A DNA stretch of 51,112 nt from an archaeon (GTDB taxonomy: Archaea > Iainarchaeota > Iainarchaeia > Iainarchaeales > JAAZKV01): the NCBI GenBank assembly GCA_038046585.1, contig JBBSVX010000016.1, positions 1 to 51,112 of the forward strand, given 5' to 3'. Position numbers and translations under genes: made by a program. Of this stretch, positions 1-9,074 are shown piece after piece. Under the pieces are notes generated by a model, which had not been told where the DNA came from, did no database searches, and saw nothing but the letters and a program-made list of their open reading frames with translations. How positions within the stretch are numbered: position 1 is the stretch's first letter; every line of letters starts with the position of its first letter.

Positions 1-30
1 AGAAGCGAAACCACAAGTAGGGCTTTCATC

Positions 31-1293
31 ATGAGCATCAGGCCAAGAATGAGCCAGCACGAAGGAAGAGATGCGGAAACTGTGGAAATCAAGCAGGAAC
101 TTGAATCAGGACAACTTGAGACACTAACTGTAAATATTGTTCTAAGACAGCTCGAAAAGGACCCGAGCCTTTCAATTGATAGCATTGCACAGACTCTTGA
201 CACGCTAAATAACACTTACAAGGAAAACATAAAGCTTGAAACAATCCTTGCTGCGCTCAAGAAAAGAGGAATCACAATAGAAAAAGATAGAATATTTGCA
301 AGAGGAGTAAAAGAGGAACTCGATGCCGAAACCAAGGAACTGGAAAAGAAAATAGCATTTGAAAAAACACTTAAAGAAAAAGAAGAAAGAATGAAACACC
401 AAAAAGAAATAAAAGAAAATCTGGAACTTGACGGAATAGAAGGAATAGGCGAAGTTGAAGGTGCTGATGATTTGCAGGGAGAAAAATCCTACGAAGAAAG
501 CGTTGAACTTGTAGCGCTCCAGCCTAATGTCGAAGAGGACGAAGCAAGAAAGAAACTTGCAGGGCTAAGACACAAGAAAATGCTTGGACTGTTTGGCGAA
601 GAAGAGATACTTGACAGATTGAACATGAAATACTCTGCGATATACAAGGTGAAATTCAACTATTTATCAAACAAGAACGCCTACCAAGTTGGAGAAGCAT
701 ATATTGATTCGCTAAGAGGAGAATTCATTCACGACATTAACGGAAAGCTCGTTGAAAGTGAAGGATTGACACTGTTCAAAAATATGAACGATACTGAAGC
801 CGTAGCATTTAGGCTTCTTGATAAGAAAATGAACCTTGAATCGATTGCAAAGCACTTAAAGATGGAAAAGGGAAATGCAAAGCGCGTAATGGACGCGCTT
901 GTTGAACAGGAACTTGTTGCCGAAAATGTTGTGCAGGACAAAAAGAAAGAAATCATTACTTACACAAGAAAACAAAAGGCCGATCTGCCGCACAGCCCTC
1001 TGCACGCCATAATGCCCAGCATCGGAAAAAGACCGATAACTGAAATCGAATCGGTTTCGCTTGTTCAAGGATCGTTAAGCGAAAAAGAAGTTCCCCATCT
1101 CATAAAGAAAATATGGGGAAACGTTTCGGTGAAATCCATAACTCACCTATTCCTGCCGATATGGGAAGGAGTACTAAAAAAGAAGACTGGAGAAGAGAGA
1201 ATAGTAAGAATAGAGGCGATTAACGGCAACATGATTCTTCCAAAACAGGAAAAAATAAAGTCCGGCAAGAAAGAGAAGCGCGAAGAAGAATAA
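31..1293 (+). CDS. hypothetical protein with a K/E-rich coiled-coil linker and a predicted winged-helix segment
   Basis: 420-aa ORF with ATG at 31. The segment NDTEAVAFRLLDKKMNLESIAKHLKMEKGNAKRVMDALVEQELV looks like a MarR-type wHTH. I recognise no family. Confidence 0.5.
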   Translation: MSIRPRMSQHEGRDAETVEIKQELESGQLETLTVNIVLRQLEKDPSLSIDSIAQTLDTLNNTYKENIKLETILAALKKRGITIEKDRIFARGVKEELDAETKELEKKIAFEKTLKEKEERMKHQKEIKENLELDGIEGIGEVEGADDLQGEKSYEESVELVALQPNVEEDEARKKLAGLRHKKMLGLFGEEEILDRLNMKYSAIYKVKFNYLSNKNAYQVGEAYIDSLRGEFIHDINGKLVESEGLTLFKNMNDTEAVAFRLLDKKMNLESIAKHLKMEKGNAKRVMDALVEQELVAENVVQDKKKEIITYTRKQKADLPHSPLHAIMPSIGKRPITEIESVSLVQGSLSEKEVPHLIKKIWGNVSVKSITHLFLPIWEGVLKKKTGEERIVRIEAINGNMILPKQEKIKSGKKEKREEE

Positions 1294-1303
1294 CTCGGCA
1301 AGA

Positions 1304-2191
1304 TCACTTTTTTTCAGTAGCGCCTGGATTTGACGCATTACTTTTTGCAATATCAAGTTTTGATTCCTCTTTTGCCTCTTCAACCCCTTCGATATTTTCA
1401 ATCTTAAGCTCTGAGAATGATTTCAAAGTCTTGTATGATCCAAAGCAAGTTGCTTTACCGCTTTGCAAAACTACTTTTACCCCGGGAAGATAAAGAGTCG
1501 CTTTTACGTAAAGATAATTTGAAAGCAGTTGCAAAAGCAAATCAAGAGAAGGGCCTTCAACAGTAACAATGGATTGTTTTTTCCAAAGATCAGGAACTTT
1601 TGAAAGCACCTGCTCATCCCTTATTTCGGCAATCACTTTTTCTTTTCCAACATACGCCCTTATTTTTGCTATCAAATTCTCGTCAAGGTTTTCTTCAACC
1701 GAGTCATTGAAATCAAGGTTCTTGAGGCTCTCTGATTGGGTGTCTAAAAGTAAGCTCATTCTTTTTAGCGATTTTCTTTTTTCCCGAATTCTTTTTCTTG
1801 CCTCATTTATATCATTGATAGTGAAAGTGGCGTGCTCTTTTGCACTTTTTAGCAAATCAGGATCCTGTGAGCTTCTTTGAGAAAGTACTACAAGCAAACG
1901 AACTATTTCATCAAGACTTTTGAGCGGGTTTTTCATTTCCTCGTTTAGGCGAAATATCAGCTTGTCTTTCATCTCAACATTAATCGAAGCGATTCCCTTG
2001 TCTGTAATAAAAATTCGGCTCCCTTCTTTTTTTACTAGGCCAAAAGAAATCATGTCTTTTAGGGATCTGGCAAGAGCCGAACGTGCGGAAGCGGCGTTCT
2101 TGTACTGGGGCATTATCCTTGCGAATAATTCATTATACTCTAACCCCTTATTTTGCTTGATGATAAGGAGTATTGAGTTGTTGAATGTCAT
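1304..2191 (-). CDS. hypothetical winged-helix DNA-binding protein with a coiled-coil middle region
   Basis: 295-aa ORF with ATG at 2189-2191 (complement). The N-terminus LLIIKQNKGLEYNELFARIM...SLKDMISFGLVKKEGSRIFITDKG is wHTH-like. It converges on the previous gene with a 10-bp gap. Confidence 0.5.
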   Translation of the reverse strand: MTFNNSILLIIKQNKGLEYNELFARIMPQYKNAASARSALARSLKDMISFGLVKKEGSRIFITDKGIASINVEMKDKLIFRLNEEMKNPLKSLDEIVRLLVVLSQRSSQDPDLLKSAKEHATFTINDINEARKRIREKRKSLKRMSLLLDTQSESLKNLDFNDSVEENLDENLIAKIRAYVGKEKVIAEIRDEQVLSKVPDLWKKQSIVTVEGPSLDLLLQLLSNYLYVKATLYLPGVKVVLQSGKATCFGSYKTLKSFSELKIENIEGVEEAKEESKLDIAKSNASNPGATEKK

Positions 2192-2264
2192 GCCAAATAC
2201 CTAGCATTTTGTTGTTAAAAAGGATGACTAAAAAGCAAAAAAGAAAAAATTTGAAGAAGCGCTT

Positions 2265-2543
2265 TTAGTTCTGTGTTGGCTTCTTCATTCTCTTGCCTAG
2301 AGAGTAAGGTATCTTTTTCTTGCAATCTACGCATTCTGCAATATAAGTAGGAGTCTTGTTCTGCTTCTTTACGAGCACAACATACTTGTATTTTCCGAGA
2401 TATCCGTGAGTAGTGTTTCTTATGTGGCGTCTATTACCGGCAGCCATAGTTCTGGCTTTGCCTGACTTGAACTCTTTAAGCTTGTGCTTTGTGTGCTTGT
2501 TGCACTTCTTACAATACAGTTTCTTTTCTTTAGGAAATTCCAT
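2265..2543 (-). CDS. rpl44e: ribosomal protein eL42 (L44e)
   Basis: MEFPKEKKLYCKKCNKHTKHKLKEFKSGKARTMAAGNRRH...CVDCKKK has the CxxC...CxxC zinc ribbon and basic composition typical of L44e. I trimmed the ORF to the internal ATG at 2543, which has GGTGAG 5 nt upstream and a TTTTAAAAA box about 40 nt upstream. Confidence 0.9.
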   Translation of the reverse strand: MEFPKEKKLYCKKCNKHTKHKLKEFKSGKARTMAAGNRRHIRNTTHGYLGKYKYVVLVKKQNKTPTYIAECVDCKKKIPYSLGKRMKKPTQN

Positions 2544-2723
2544 TTTACTCACCAGAATAACAGAAAAGTGAAGGCAAAGCTTTTTAAAAGCATTTAGGGG
2601 GTCTTTTGAAAAAAATCGTCCGGCCAATAAAACGCACATTCTATCAAAAAAAAACAACCCATAAGTAATTTAAATGCCTAATGCTTATTATTAGCAGATA
2701 GAAAAAGACAGGGTTTGATTAGA

Positions 2724-3485
2724 ATGATAGTAAAGTCCATATTTTCTGCAATAAAAGACACTTTCCTTAGACCATTAAACCTAATTCCTATGCTTATAGT
2801 GGCATTAGCCTCTTTGACACTTGGGAACTTGACTTCTTGGGCGCTTGAAAAACCCCTAAGCGATATGATTCTTTACCCTGAAGTGTTCATGACCTCCGAC
2901 CTTTATGTTATCGCATTCAATAATTATTTGCCTGAGATGCTTGTTCTTTTTGCCACAGGAGTAGTTGTCACAGTTCTTTCTGTAATTTCAATGCTTACCC
3001 TTGCAAGAATATCAAAGGGCGATTCGCTAATGGAAGCGATAAATGACTCAACTTCGGAACTCACAAAAAGCACCGCGCTTGTAGTGATTATAACAGTTGC
3101 TTCAATAATTCTTTTTGCTGTACTTGGTGCAATAGCTTCATTGACGGATATCAATTTTAATTTGGCATTTATTTTGGGCGCAATATACCTTATCCTAATA
3201 TTGATTGTTCTGGCAAAAGTGGCCTATACAATTCCTGCGCTTGTCAAAGCGAAGAACGTAAAAATTGCCATACAAGATTCATGGGAATTCACAAATGATA
3301 AGTTCCTATCATCTTTCGCATTCCTTGTTGTTATAATAATTGTAATAATGTTAATCTCGGCTCTTTTAGGACAAGTTGATCTTTTCACAGGAGAAGATTT
3401 TTTCCTCCCTATTTTTATAGCAAATCAAACTATATCAGGGACTTTCCTCGCCTTGGCTTTGGGACACTATTACAATCAAGAGTAG
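2724..3485 (+). CDS. polytopic membrane protein of unknown function
   Basis: Five to six long hydrophobic segments. First ATG at 2724 (the ORF track starts at TTG 2715). It ends 10 bp before the SMC-like gene, so the two are probably co-transcribed. Confidence 0.6.
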   Translation: MIVKSIFSAIKDTFLRPLNLIPMLIVALASLTLGNLTSWALEKPLSDMILYPEVFMTSDLYVIAFNNYLPEMLVLFATGVVVTVLSVISMLTLARISKGDSLMEAINDSTSELTKSTALVVIITVASIILFAVLGAIASLTDINFNLAFILGAIYLILILIVLAKVAYTIPALVKAKNVKIAIQDSWEFTNDKFLSSFAFLVVIIIVIMLISALLGQVDLFTGEDFFLPIFIANQTISGTFLALALGHYYNQE

Positions 3486-3495
3486 GGCTGGTTAG

Positions 3496-6495
3496 ATGAC
3501 TCGCCTAATAAAACTGACTCTAAAGAACTTCAAATCATTCAAAAAAGCTGAAATTCCGATAAGCAAAGGATTCACTTCCATAGTTGGAAGCAATGGATCT
3601 GGAAAAAGCAATGTTCTTGACGGATTATTATTTGTTCTTGGAATCACTTCGCTTAAGACACTAAGAGCTTCAAGGCTTTCCGACCTGGTTAATGACGGAT
3701 CAAAAGAAAGCTACGCCAAGGTTGACTTGATTGTAAAGCATGCCGACAAGCAGTATGAAATAAGCAGGATGATAGACAAGCAGGGAAAGAGCGTTTATCG
3801 ACTTGACGGAAAAAGAACTACTCTTAACGAAATTTCTTCACTTCTTACTGAACTAGGAATAGATGTCACTGGCCACAACATCGTTGCTCAGGGGGATATC
3901 ACAAGAGTGATTGAAATGTCCTCAATTGAAAGAAGAGAAATTATAGATGATTTGGCAGGCTTAAGCGAATTTGACGAAAAAAAAGAAGAAGCCCTTAAGG
4001 AGCTTGACAAGGTTGACTCAAAAATAAAAGAAGCCACCATTATTCTTAACGAAAGGAACGCATTTTTGGTCGAACTTGAAGAAGAAATGAACGCGGCGAA
4101 AGAATTCACAAACCTTGAGACCGAAAAGAAAAGAATCAAGGCAACTATAATTGGAAGAGAAATATCAAGCATAGATAAGAGGCTGCTCGAAGTTGACACT
4201 GAGCTTAGAGGACTTGAAAAACAAAGAACAGAAATCGAAGAAAATATTGTAAAAGCGCGAGAAGAACTTTCAAAGGCGAAGTCCGAATCCTCCGAAATGG
4301 GGAAGATAATGCTCAAAACAAGCGAAGAATTATACATAACTATAGGTCGGGAATTTGAAGAAAAAAAAGGACAATTAAGATTAGAACAGGAAAAGATTGA
4401 ACTAAAAAAAGAATTGATACAAAAGAACAACCAAAAACTTGATGAAAACCAAAAAGAAGCGGAGAGCGCAAAAAAAGAGGCCAAAGAGAATGAAATAAAG
4501 CGAAAACAACACGAACAGGAAAGAAAAGAAACTGAAAGAGAATTTAACGCGGTGCAGAAAAAGAAAGAGGCCCTTGAAAAAGTTGTCAAAGGAAAGAACG
4601 AAGAACTGCGAAAGTTAGAAGCCGAAATTGATTCACTAAACAAAGAGATAGACGAAGGAAGAAAGGAAATATTTGACCTTGAAGTATTTTTCAAGCAGTG
4701 GGATAGGCAAAAAGCATACAATGAAAAGAAACTTTCAGAACTTGCACAAGAAGAAACGAGTCTCTTAGGAGAAATCGCAAAAATAGAGGAGAAAAAAAAG
4801 AAGCTTGGAGAGCATGGAGACGCAGGCAAAATAGAGAAGGATATTGCAACTCTTGAAAAAACTCTCGAGGAAATGGTTGAGGATCAGACCCGTACAAGCG
4901 CCCAAAAAGAAGCCGAAGAGAAGGCAATTAATGACTTAAAAAAAGCGCTTTCAAAATGCCCTGTTTGCGATTCTATGCTTGAAGAAAAGAAAAAGAAAGA
5001 GCTGATTGAAACAAAAAAGAAGCTAATAGAAGAGCATGAAAAGAACGAAAAACGCCTTACAAAAGAAATTGTCGAGCAAAAGCAAAAAACTACCGAAACC
5101 AGAGACAAACTAATGATGATTACAAAGCTCCTGGCAGAAATTGGACACGAAAAATCAGTTCAAACTAGACTTACCGACGCAAGAACAAAAATAACTGTGA
5201 TGAAAAAGGAGCTTGAGCAAAAATCGTTTGATGAGCAATTGGGAAAAAGAAACAGGCTCAATGAAAAGATAAAAATCTCGCTCACAAAAAGAGACGCTTC
5301 CAAAGAAAGGCTTGCAGCGCTAAGAGGGCAAAACATTTTCGAAGAATTTTCTGTAGCAAATAGGGAATATGAAGATCTGTTTAACAAAAAGTCGCTCATT
5401 GAGGCAATCCTTAAGGAACTTGAATCAAACACAAAAATACTTTCCGAAAAAGCGGAGTCTTTGCTAGTGGAAAACTCAGGCCTTGAAAGCGAAGTTGCCG
5501 CCCTCAAAAAAGAAATCCGCGACAAGGAAGACCTCGTTAAGGACCTGGGAAAAGATGTTTCTACAAAAGAGGACGAGCTTGAGAAAGCCAAAAAGAAGAA
5601 CTCTATAATGGGAGATGAAAAGGAAAAACTTGACAAAAAAATAGAAAGAATGGACAAGGATATAATTGCCGATTCAATCAAATCAAGAAAACTTGAGATG
5701 AGACAGAACGAATTTTCTATCGAAAAAAGCAGGATTGAAGTCAGAGTAAACGATCTCAAAGAAGAAGGCAAGGCATACTTGGGATCAGAAACTATAAGCG
5801 AAAAGACAGTTGAAGGACTCCTAGAAAGACTAGATACGGTCGAAAGAAGACTTGGCGAAATAGGCGCTGTAAACCTTAAAGCATTAGGAAACTTCACAAA
5901 TTTAAAAGGCGAAGTAAGTGAAATACAGGAAAAAGCAACAAAGCTTGCTGAAGAGAGACTTGCTGTGCTTGACATGATAGACAAGATAGAATTTAAGAGA
6001 ACGAACGTGTTCATGGATTGCTTTAGCGTAATAAACAAAAATTTCCAGGACATGTTTTTGAAGTTCTTCAATGGGGAAGGAAATCTTACCCTTTCGGAAG
6101 CAGAGAAACCGCTTGAAAGCGGACTCATAATTGACGCAAGACAAAAAGCAGGAAAACTTCAAAACATTGATTCCATGAGCGGAGGAGAGAAGACACTCAC
6201 CGCACTTGCATTCATGTTTGCGATACAATTATACAAACCCGCGCCGTTCTATGCGTTTGATGAAGCCGATGCGGCGCTTGATAAAGAAAACTCGATGAAG
6301 ATGGGCAACCTTATTGAAATGATAGCTGAAAAGAGCCAATTTATTGCAATAACCCACAACGATACCATAACTAAGAAGGCTGATCAGATAATCGGAGTAG
6401 CAAGGGCAAAAGACGGCAGCTCTGTAATAGGACTTAGACTTAAAACAAACGAAGAAGAAATGAGCGCACAAAACCAGAGTCAAGATGCCAATTAA
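3496..6495 (+). CDS. smc: SMC-family ATPase with SMC-type heads, long coiled coil, a central CPVC hook and no recognisable hinge
   Basis: N-terminal head: LKNFKSF, Walker A GSNGSGKSN, VAQGDITRVIEM, AGLSEFDEKK. C-terminal head: MSGGEKTLTALAFMFAIQLYKPAPFYAFDEADAALD and QFIAITHN. About 650 aa of K/E-rich coiled coil lies between them, with CPVC at aa 488-491 (nt 4957-4968). Confidence 0.85.
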   Translation: MTRLIKLTLKNFKSFKKAEIPISKGFTSIVGSNGSGKSNVLDGLLFVLGITSLKTLRASRLSDLVNDGSKESYAKVDLIVKHADKQYEISRMIDKQGKSVYRLDGKRTTLNEISSLLTELGIDVTGHNIVAQGDITRVIEMSSIERREIIDDLAGLSEFDEKKEEALKELDKVDSKIKEATIILNERNAFLVELEEEMNAAKEFTNLETEKKRIKATIIGREISSIDKRLLEVDTELRGLEKQRTEIEENIVKAREELSKAKSESSEMGKIMLKTSEELYITIGREFEEKKGQLRLEQEKIELKKELIQKNNQKLDENQKEAESAKKEAKENEIKRKQHEQERKETEREFNAVQKKKEALEKVVKGKNEELRKLEAEIDSLNKEIDEGRKEIFDLEVFFKQWDRQKAYNEKKLSELAQEETSLLGEIAKIEEKKKKLGEHGDAGKIEKDIATLEKTLEEMVEDQTRTSAQKEAEEKAINDLKKALSKCPVCDSMLEEKKKKELIETKKKLIEEHEKNEKRLTKEIVEQKQKTTETRDKLMMITKLLAEIGHEKSVQTRLTDARTKITVMKKELEQKSFDEQLGKRNRLNEKIKISLTKRDASKERLAALRGQNIFEEFSVANREYEDLFNKKSLIEAILKELESNTKILSEKAESLLVENSGLESEVAALKKEIRDKEDLVKDLGKDVSTKEDELEKAKKKNSIMGDEKEKLDKKIERMDKDIIADSIKSRKLEMRQNEFSIEKSRIEVRVNDLKEEGKAYLGSETISEKTVEGLLERLDTVERRLGEIGAVNLKALGNFTNLKGEVSEIQEKATKLAEERLAVLDMIDKIEFKRTNVFMDCFSVINKNFQDMFLKFFNGEGNLTLSEAEKPLESGLIIDARQKAGKLQNIDSMSGGEKTLTALAFMFAIQLYKPAPFYAFDEADAALDKENSMKMGNLIEMIAEKSQFIAITHNDTITKKADQIIGVARAKDGSSVIGLRLKTNEEEMSAQNQSQDAN

Positions 6496-6513
6496 TTGCA
6501 CAAGTTAATAGAA

Positions 6514-8928
6514 TTATTTCTTAAAAAATATGTCAAGAAGCTTTTTTCGCTTCGCTTTTTCAGCTTTCTCTTCCATGGCTTCCTTTACAACTAGCCCAGC
6601 GGTACCAACTATTCTTTCCACTCTCATTTTTGGCTTACCTGAGCGTCTCAATGTCTTTACTTCTTTTTTCATCTGCGAAACTTGTCCTCTAATGTCCCCT
6701 ATCTCTTTCTCAACCTGCGAAGATTGCTTCTCAAAGTCTTCCGAGAGCATAAGTCCAGACTTGTGATGTTTCTTAATATCAGTAAGTCCTTTTTCAAGCG
6801 CCCTTAATTTGGCTGTGGATTCTTCCAGATTTACTACGCTTGCTTTTCGCGCAAGGCGGTGATTTGAAATTGAATCTATCTCGCTATCGTACTTCTTCTT
6901 CATAAAGAAATATTCAGCGTCAGTAATTTTTTTCTTTGAAAGAGCCTTGTCAAGATTGCCTAAAACCGAGTACAATTTGTCCGCTCTCGCATAATCGCGA
7001 GGAGAGACATCAGGCGTTCTCATTCTTAAGCCTATTATTATCAGAATCAAAAGAACTGCGCAAAGCGAAATAACAATTATTGCAAAGAAGGGAGAGAAAT
7101 TGTCAATTCTCTTATAAGTGATGTCAACAACCGGTTCGTTTGAAACAAAATCTGTCATTTCTGTGAAAGCCAAGTATTCATCAACATCGGCCTTAACATT
7201 CTCCAAGTTCTCGCTAAGAACCGCTAAGTCATAACCGGTTGTAAGATTTGCGCTCCTTTCAAGCTGTTTATTTAGCGACTCTTCATACTTTGAATTTTCG
7301 AGGAAAAAGTGGGCATGATCAAGATATAATGCAGCCCAAAGCGAAGTCAAACTGCCGCTATCCCCTATTCTTGATTCAATGAAAGCAGCAAGCTTATTTG
7401 CATCCATGTTCGAGCGCCTTTTTTCAGCAAAAATAAACGATTCTGCGAAATAGGCATCATAGTACGCCGCAAAAAAGAAATTGTTGTCAAATGATATTTG
7501 GGCAGAATTGAATCTTCTTGTGGCTTCGGTTAGCACGTCCTGAGTTGTGTTTGAGTCCTCTGCAGAGGTCATTACAAGTTTTTCAACATCAGAAAGTTTC
7601 TTCTCGACTTTCATAATGAATTCCGGAGAATAATAAGTGTTCTTTTTTACTTGTGCTTTCTTGGCTTCCCCAAAGAAGTCTTTTGCGACTCCAACCCAAG
7701 CGCTCGCCGAGACATAATCATAAACCTTGTCAAACATCGCTGACTGTATCTCTTCAGTAGTGGCTTCTGCGGGCAAGTCAAGCGATTTTCTTGCGCTAGC
7801 GATTGCATTCTCAGCATAAGCTATTCTTTGCTGAGCTCCTATCATCCATTCAACCTTATCAACTGGAATAAAACTCATTTCGCCTTTGAGTTCTTTTATA
7901 GTGCTTTCAAGCTCTGAGAGTTTCAGTGCAAGAATGCTCGAATCAGGCGACATTAACGAAGGGGTCTTTGCTATTTCCCCTATCGAATCGGCTAATACCT
8001 GGGCGTTGAAAGTGTAATTCGCGGAGGAATACAGATAATTCTGGTCGAGGAAAATGTTTGCAAGTTCAATATTTCTTTCTGCTGCGCCAAGTCTTGGATA
8101 GAACGAGCTTCTTAGAGGATCTTCTAAGGTAGTCACTTCAAGCTCTTTTTTGGCGTCCTCTACCGAACTTCTTGCCTCGTCAATGTAACTTTTTGAAAAT
8201 TCTCTCATCGGAGTCAAAATAGGTTTGTATTGAATTGCAGGGGGGACAAATCCGTTCTGGACATTGGTTACATCCACAACGATGCTGTTTATGTCAGAGT
8301 AAGCATATTTTAGAACATCATCTATTGTGTCTACTTCAACAATCTTCATCCCGAGTTCCTCAGGCCCATATTTTAGTAGATTAACTGATGTTGCTTTTCC
8401 ATTGTCGTTGTATACTTGGTTCGCTTCGCCTCTTGGTATCATTAATAGTTTTATTCCAACTTCTGAAGCAACTTTTGCTTTTGCAAAAACTCCTCCAACA
8501 ACTCCAACTGATCCGTCTGAGTTTATTGTTCCTGTTATTCCAACTTCTTTTGGAAGAGGCCTTTCTTCAAGAACGGAGTACATCAATAACGTCATCGCTG
8601 CTCCTGCGCTAGGACCGTCAACTTCGGATGCATTTGCCTGAATATCAAAAATAAAATTCTTCTTGGAAATATCCACTCCGGTTTTTTCTTGGGCTATATC
8701 AAGCGCGATATTCCCCGTTGTTTGAGTATCTTTTCCGACAAGAGAACTTGAAGTAATGAAAGCAACTTTTCCAGTTCCTGCCATTGTTGTAAGAAACAAA
8801 TCTGCTGCCATTCCGACTTCATCTTCAGTGACAGCGAATACTCTTATTTCGCCCGATTGAAGGATTGCAAAAGCGTTGCATGAAATAAAAATAAGTGCGA
8901 TAAAAAGTGCGATTATTCTTTTGTCCAT
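6514..8928 (-). CDS. extracytoplasmic Lon-like (S16) serine protease with signal peptide, helical ectodomain, one TM segment and a cytoplasmic coiled-coil tail
   Basis: I chose the start at MDKRIIALFIALIFISCNAFA (signal-like). The S16 core is EVDGPSAGAAMTLL...ITGTINSDGSVGVVGGVFAKAKVASEVGIKLLMIP, giving a Ser/Lys dyad context. There is no AAA+ module. TM segment FFAIIVISLCAVLLILIIIGL, and a tail with the SHOCT-like ITDAEYFFMKKKYDSEI. Confidence 0.8.
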   Translation of the reverse strand: MDKRIIALFIALIFISCNAFAILQSGEIRVFAVTEDEVGMAADLFLTTMAGTGKVAFITSSSLVGKDTQTTGNIALDIAQEKTGVDISKKNFIFDIQANASEVDGPSAGAAMTLLMYSVLEERPLPKEVGITGTINSDGSVGVVGGVFAKAKVASEVGIKLLMIPRGEANQVYNDNGKATSVNLLKYGPEELGMKIVEVDTIDDVLKYAYSDINSIVVDVTNVQNGFVPPAIQYKPILTPMREFSKSYIDEARSSVEDAKKELEVTTLEDPLRSSFYPRLGAAERNIELANIFLDQNYLYSSANYTFNAQVLADSIGEIAKTPSLMSPDSSILALKLSELESTIKELKGEMSFIPVDKVEWMIGAQQRIAYAENAIASARKSLDLPAEATTEEIQSAMFDKVYDYVSASAWVGVAKDFFGEAKKAQVKKNTYYSPEFIMKVEKKLSDVEKLVMTSAEDSNTTQDVLTEATRRFNSAQISFDNNFFFAAYYDAYFAESFIFAEKRRSNMDANKLAAFIESRIGDSGSLTSLWAALYLDHAHFFLENSKYEESLNKQLERSANLTTGYDLAVLSENLENVKADVDEYLAFTEMTDFVSNEPVVDITYKRIDNFSPFFAIIVISLCAVLLILIIIGLRMRTPDVSPRDYARADKLYSVLGNLDKALSKKKITDAEYFFMKKKYDSEIDSISNHRLARKASVVNLEESTAKLRALEKGLTDIKKHHKSGLMLSEDFEKQSSQVEKEIGDIRGQVSQMKKEVKTLRRSGKPKMRVERIVGTAGLVVKEAMEEKAEKAKRKKLLDIFFKK

Positions 8929-9074
8929 AAAAACAAATCCTTTTATTTGTGCATTCCAATTCAACATTCAAGTTACTATATACGAAGTGCTTGTGGTTTA
9001 AAAGGCTTTTTGGGGGAGCAATTTTCCAGCCAACCAACATAGACCATTTGAACAAGCATTAAATCGCAGCTCAC

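Noticed and set aside
2544-2657. 5' extensions of several ORF-track entries: L44e to 130 aa, uL1 to 232 aa, SecE to 83 aa, and the Lon-like, gmd, fcl and aminotransferase ORFs.
   Set aside because: Family-typical N-termini begin at internal ATGs preceded by GGTG-type RBSs or TATA boxes. The extensions run through promoter or leader sequence or the upstream gene.
3888-6128. Very long antisense ORFs inside the SMC-like gene (313 aa at 3888-4829 and 322 aa at 5160-6128, both S/F/L-rich).
   Set aside because: They are the reverse-complement mirror of a K/E-rich coiled-coil coding sequence (AAG/GAA read as CTT/TTC). They have low-complexity composition and no start context, while the sense frame has unmistakable SMC motifs.
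3496-6495. Calling the 999-aa ATPase Rad50 because of the central CPVC hook.
   Set aside because: The signature, Walker B and D-loop region (LSGGEK.L.ALA..FA, DE.DAALD, QFI.ITH) and the N-terminal FKSF/QG motifs are SMC-type. No mre11 is adjacent. I therefore report it as an SMC-headed hook protein rather than Rad50.
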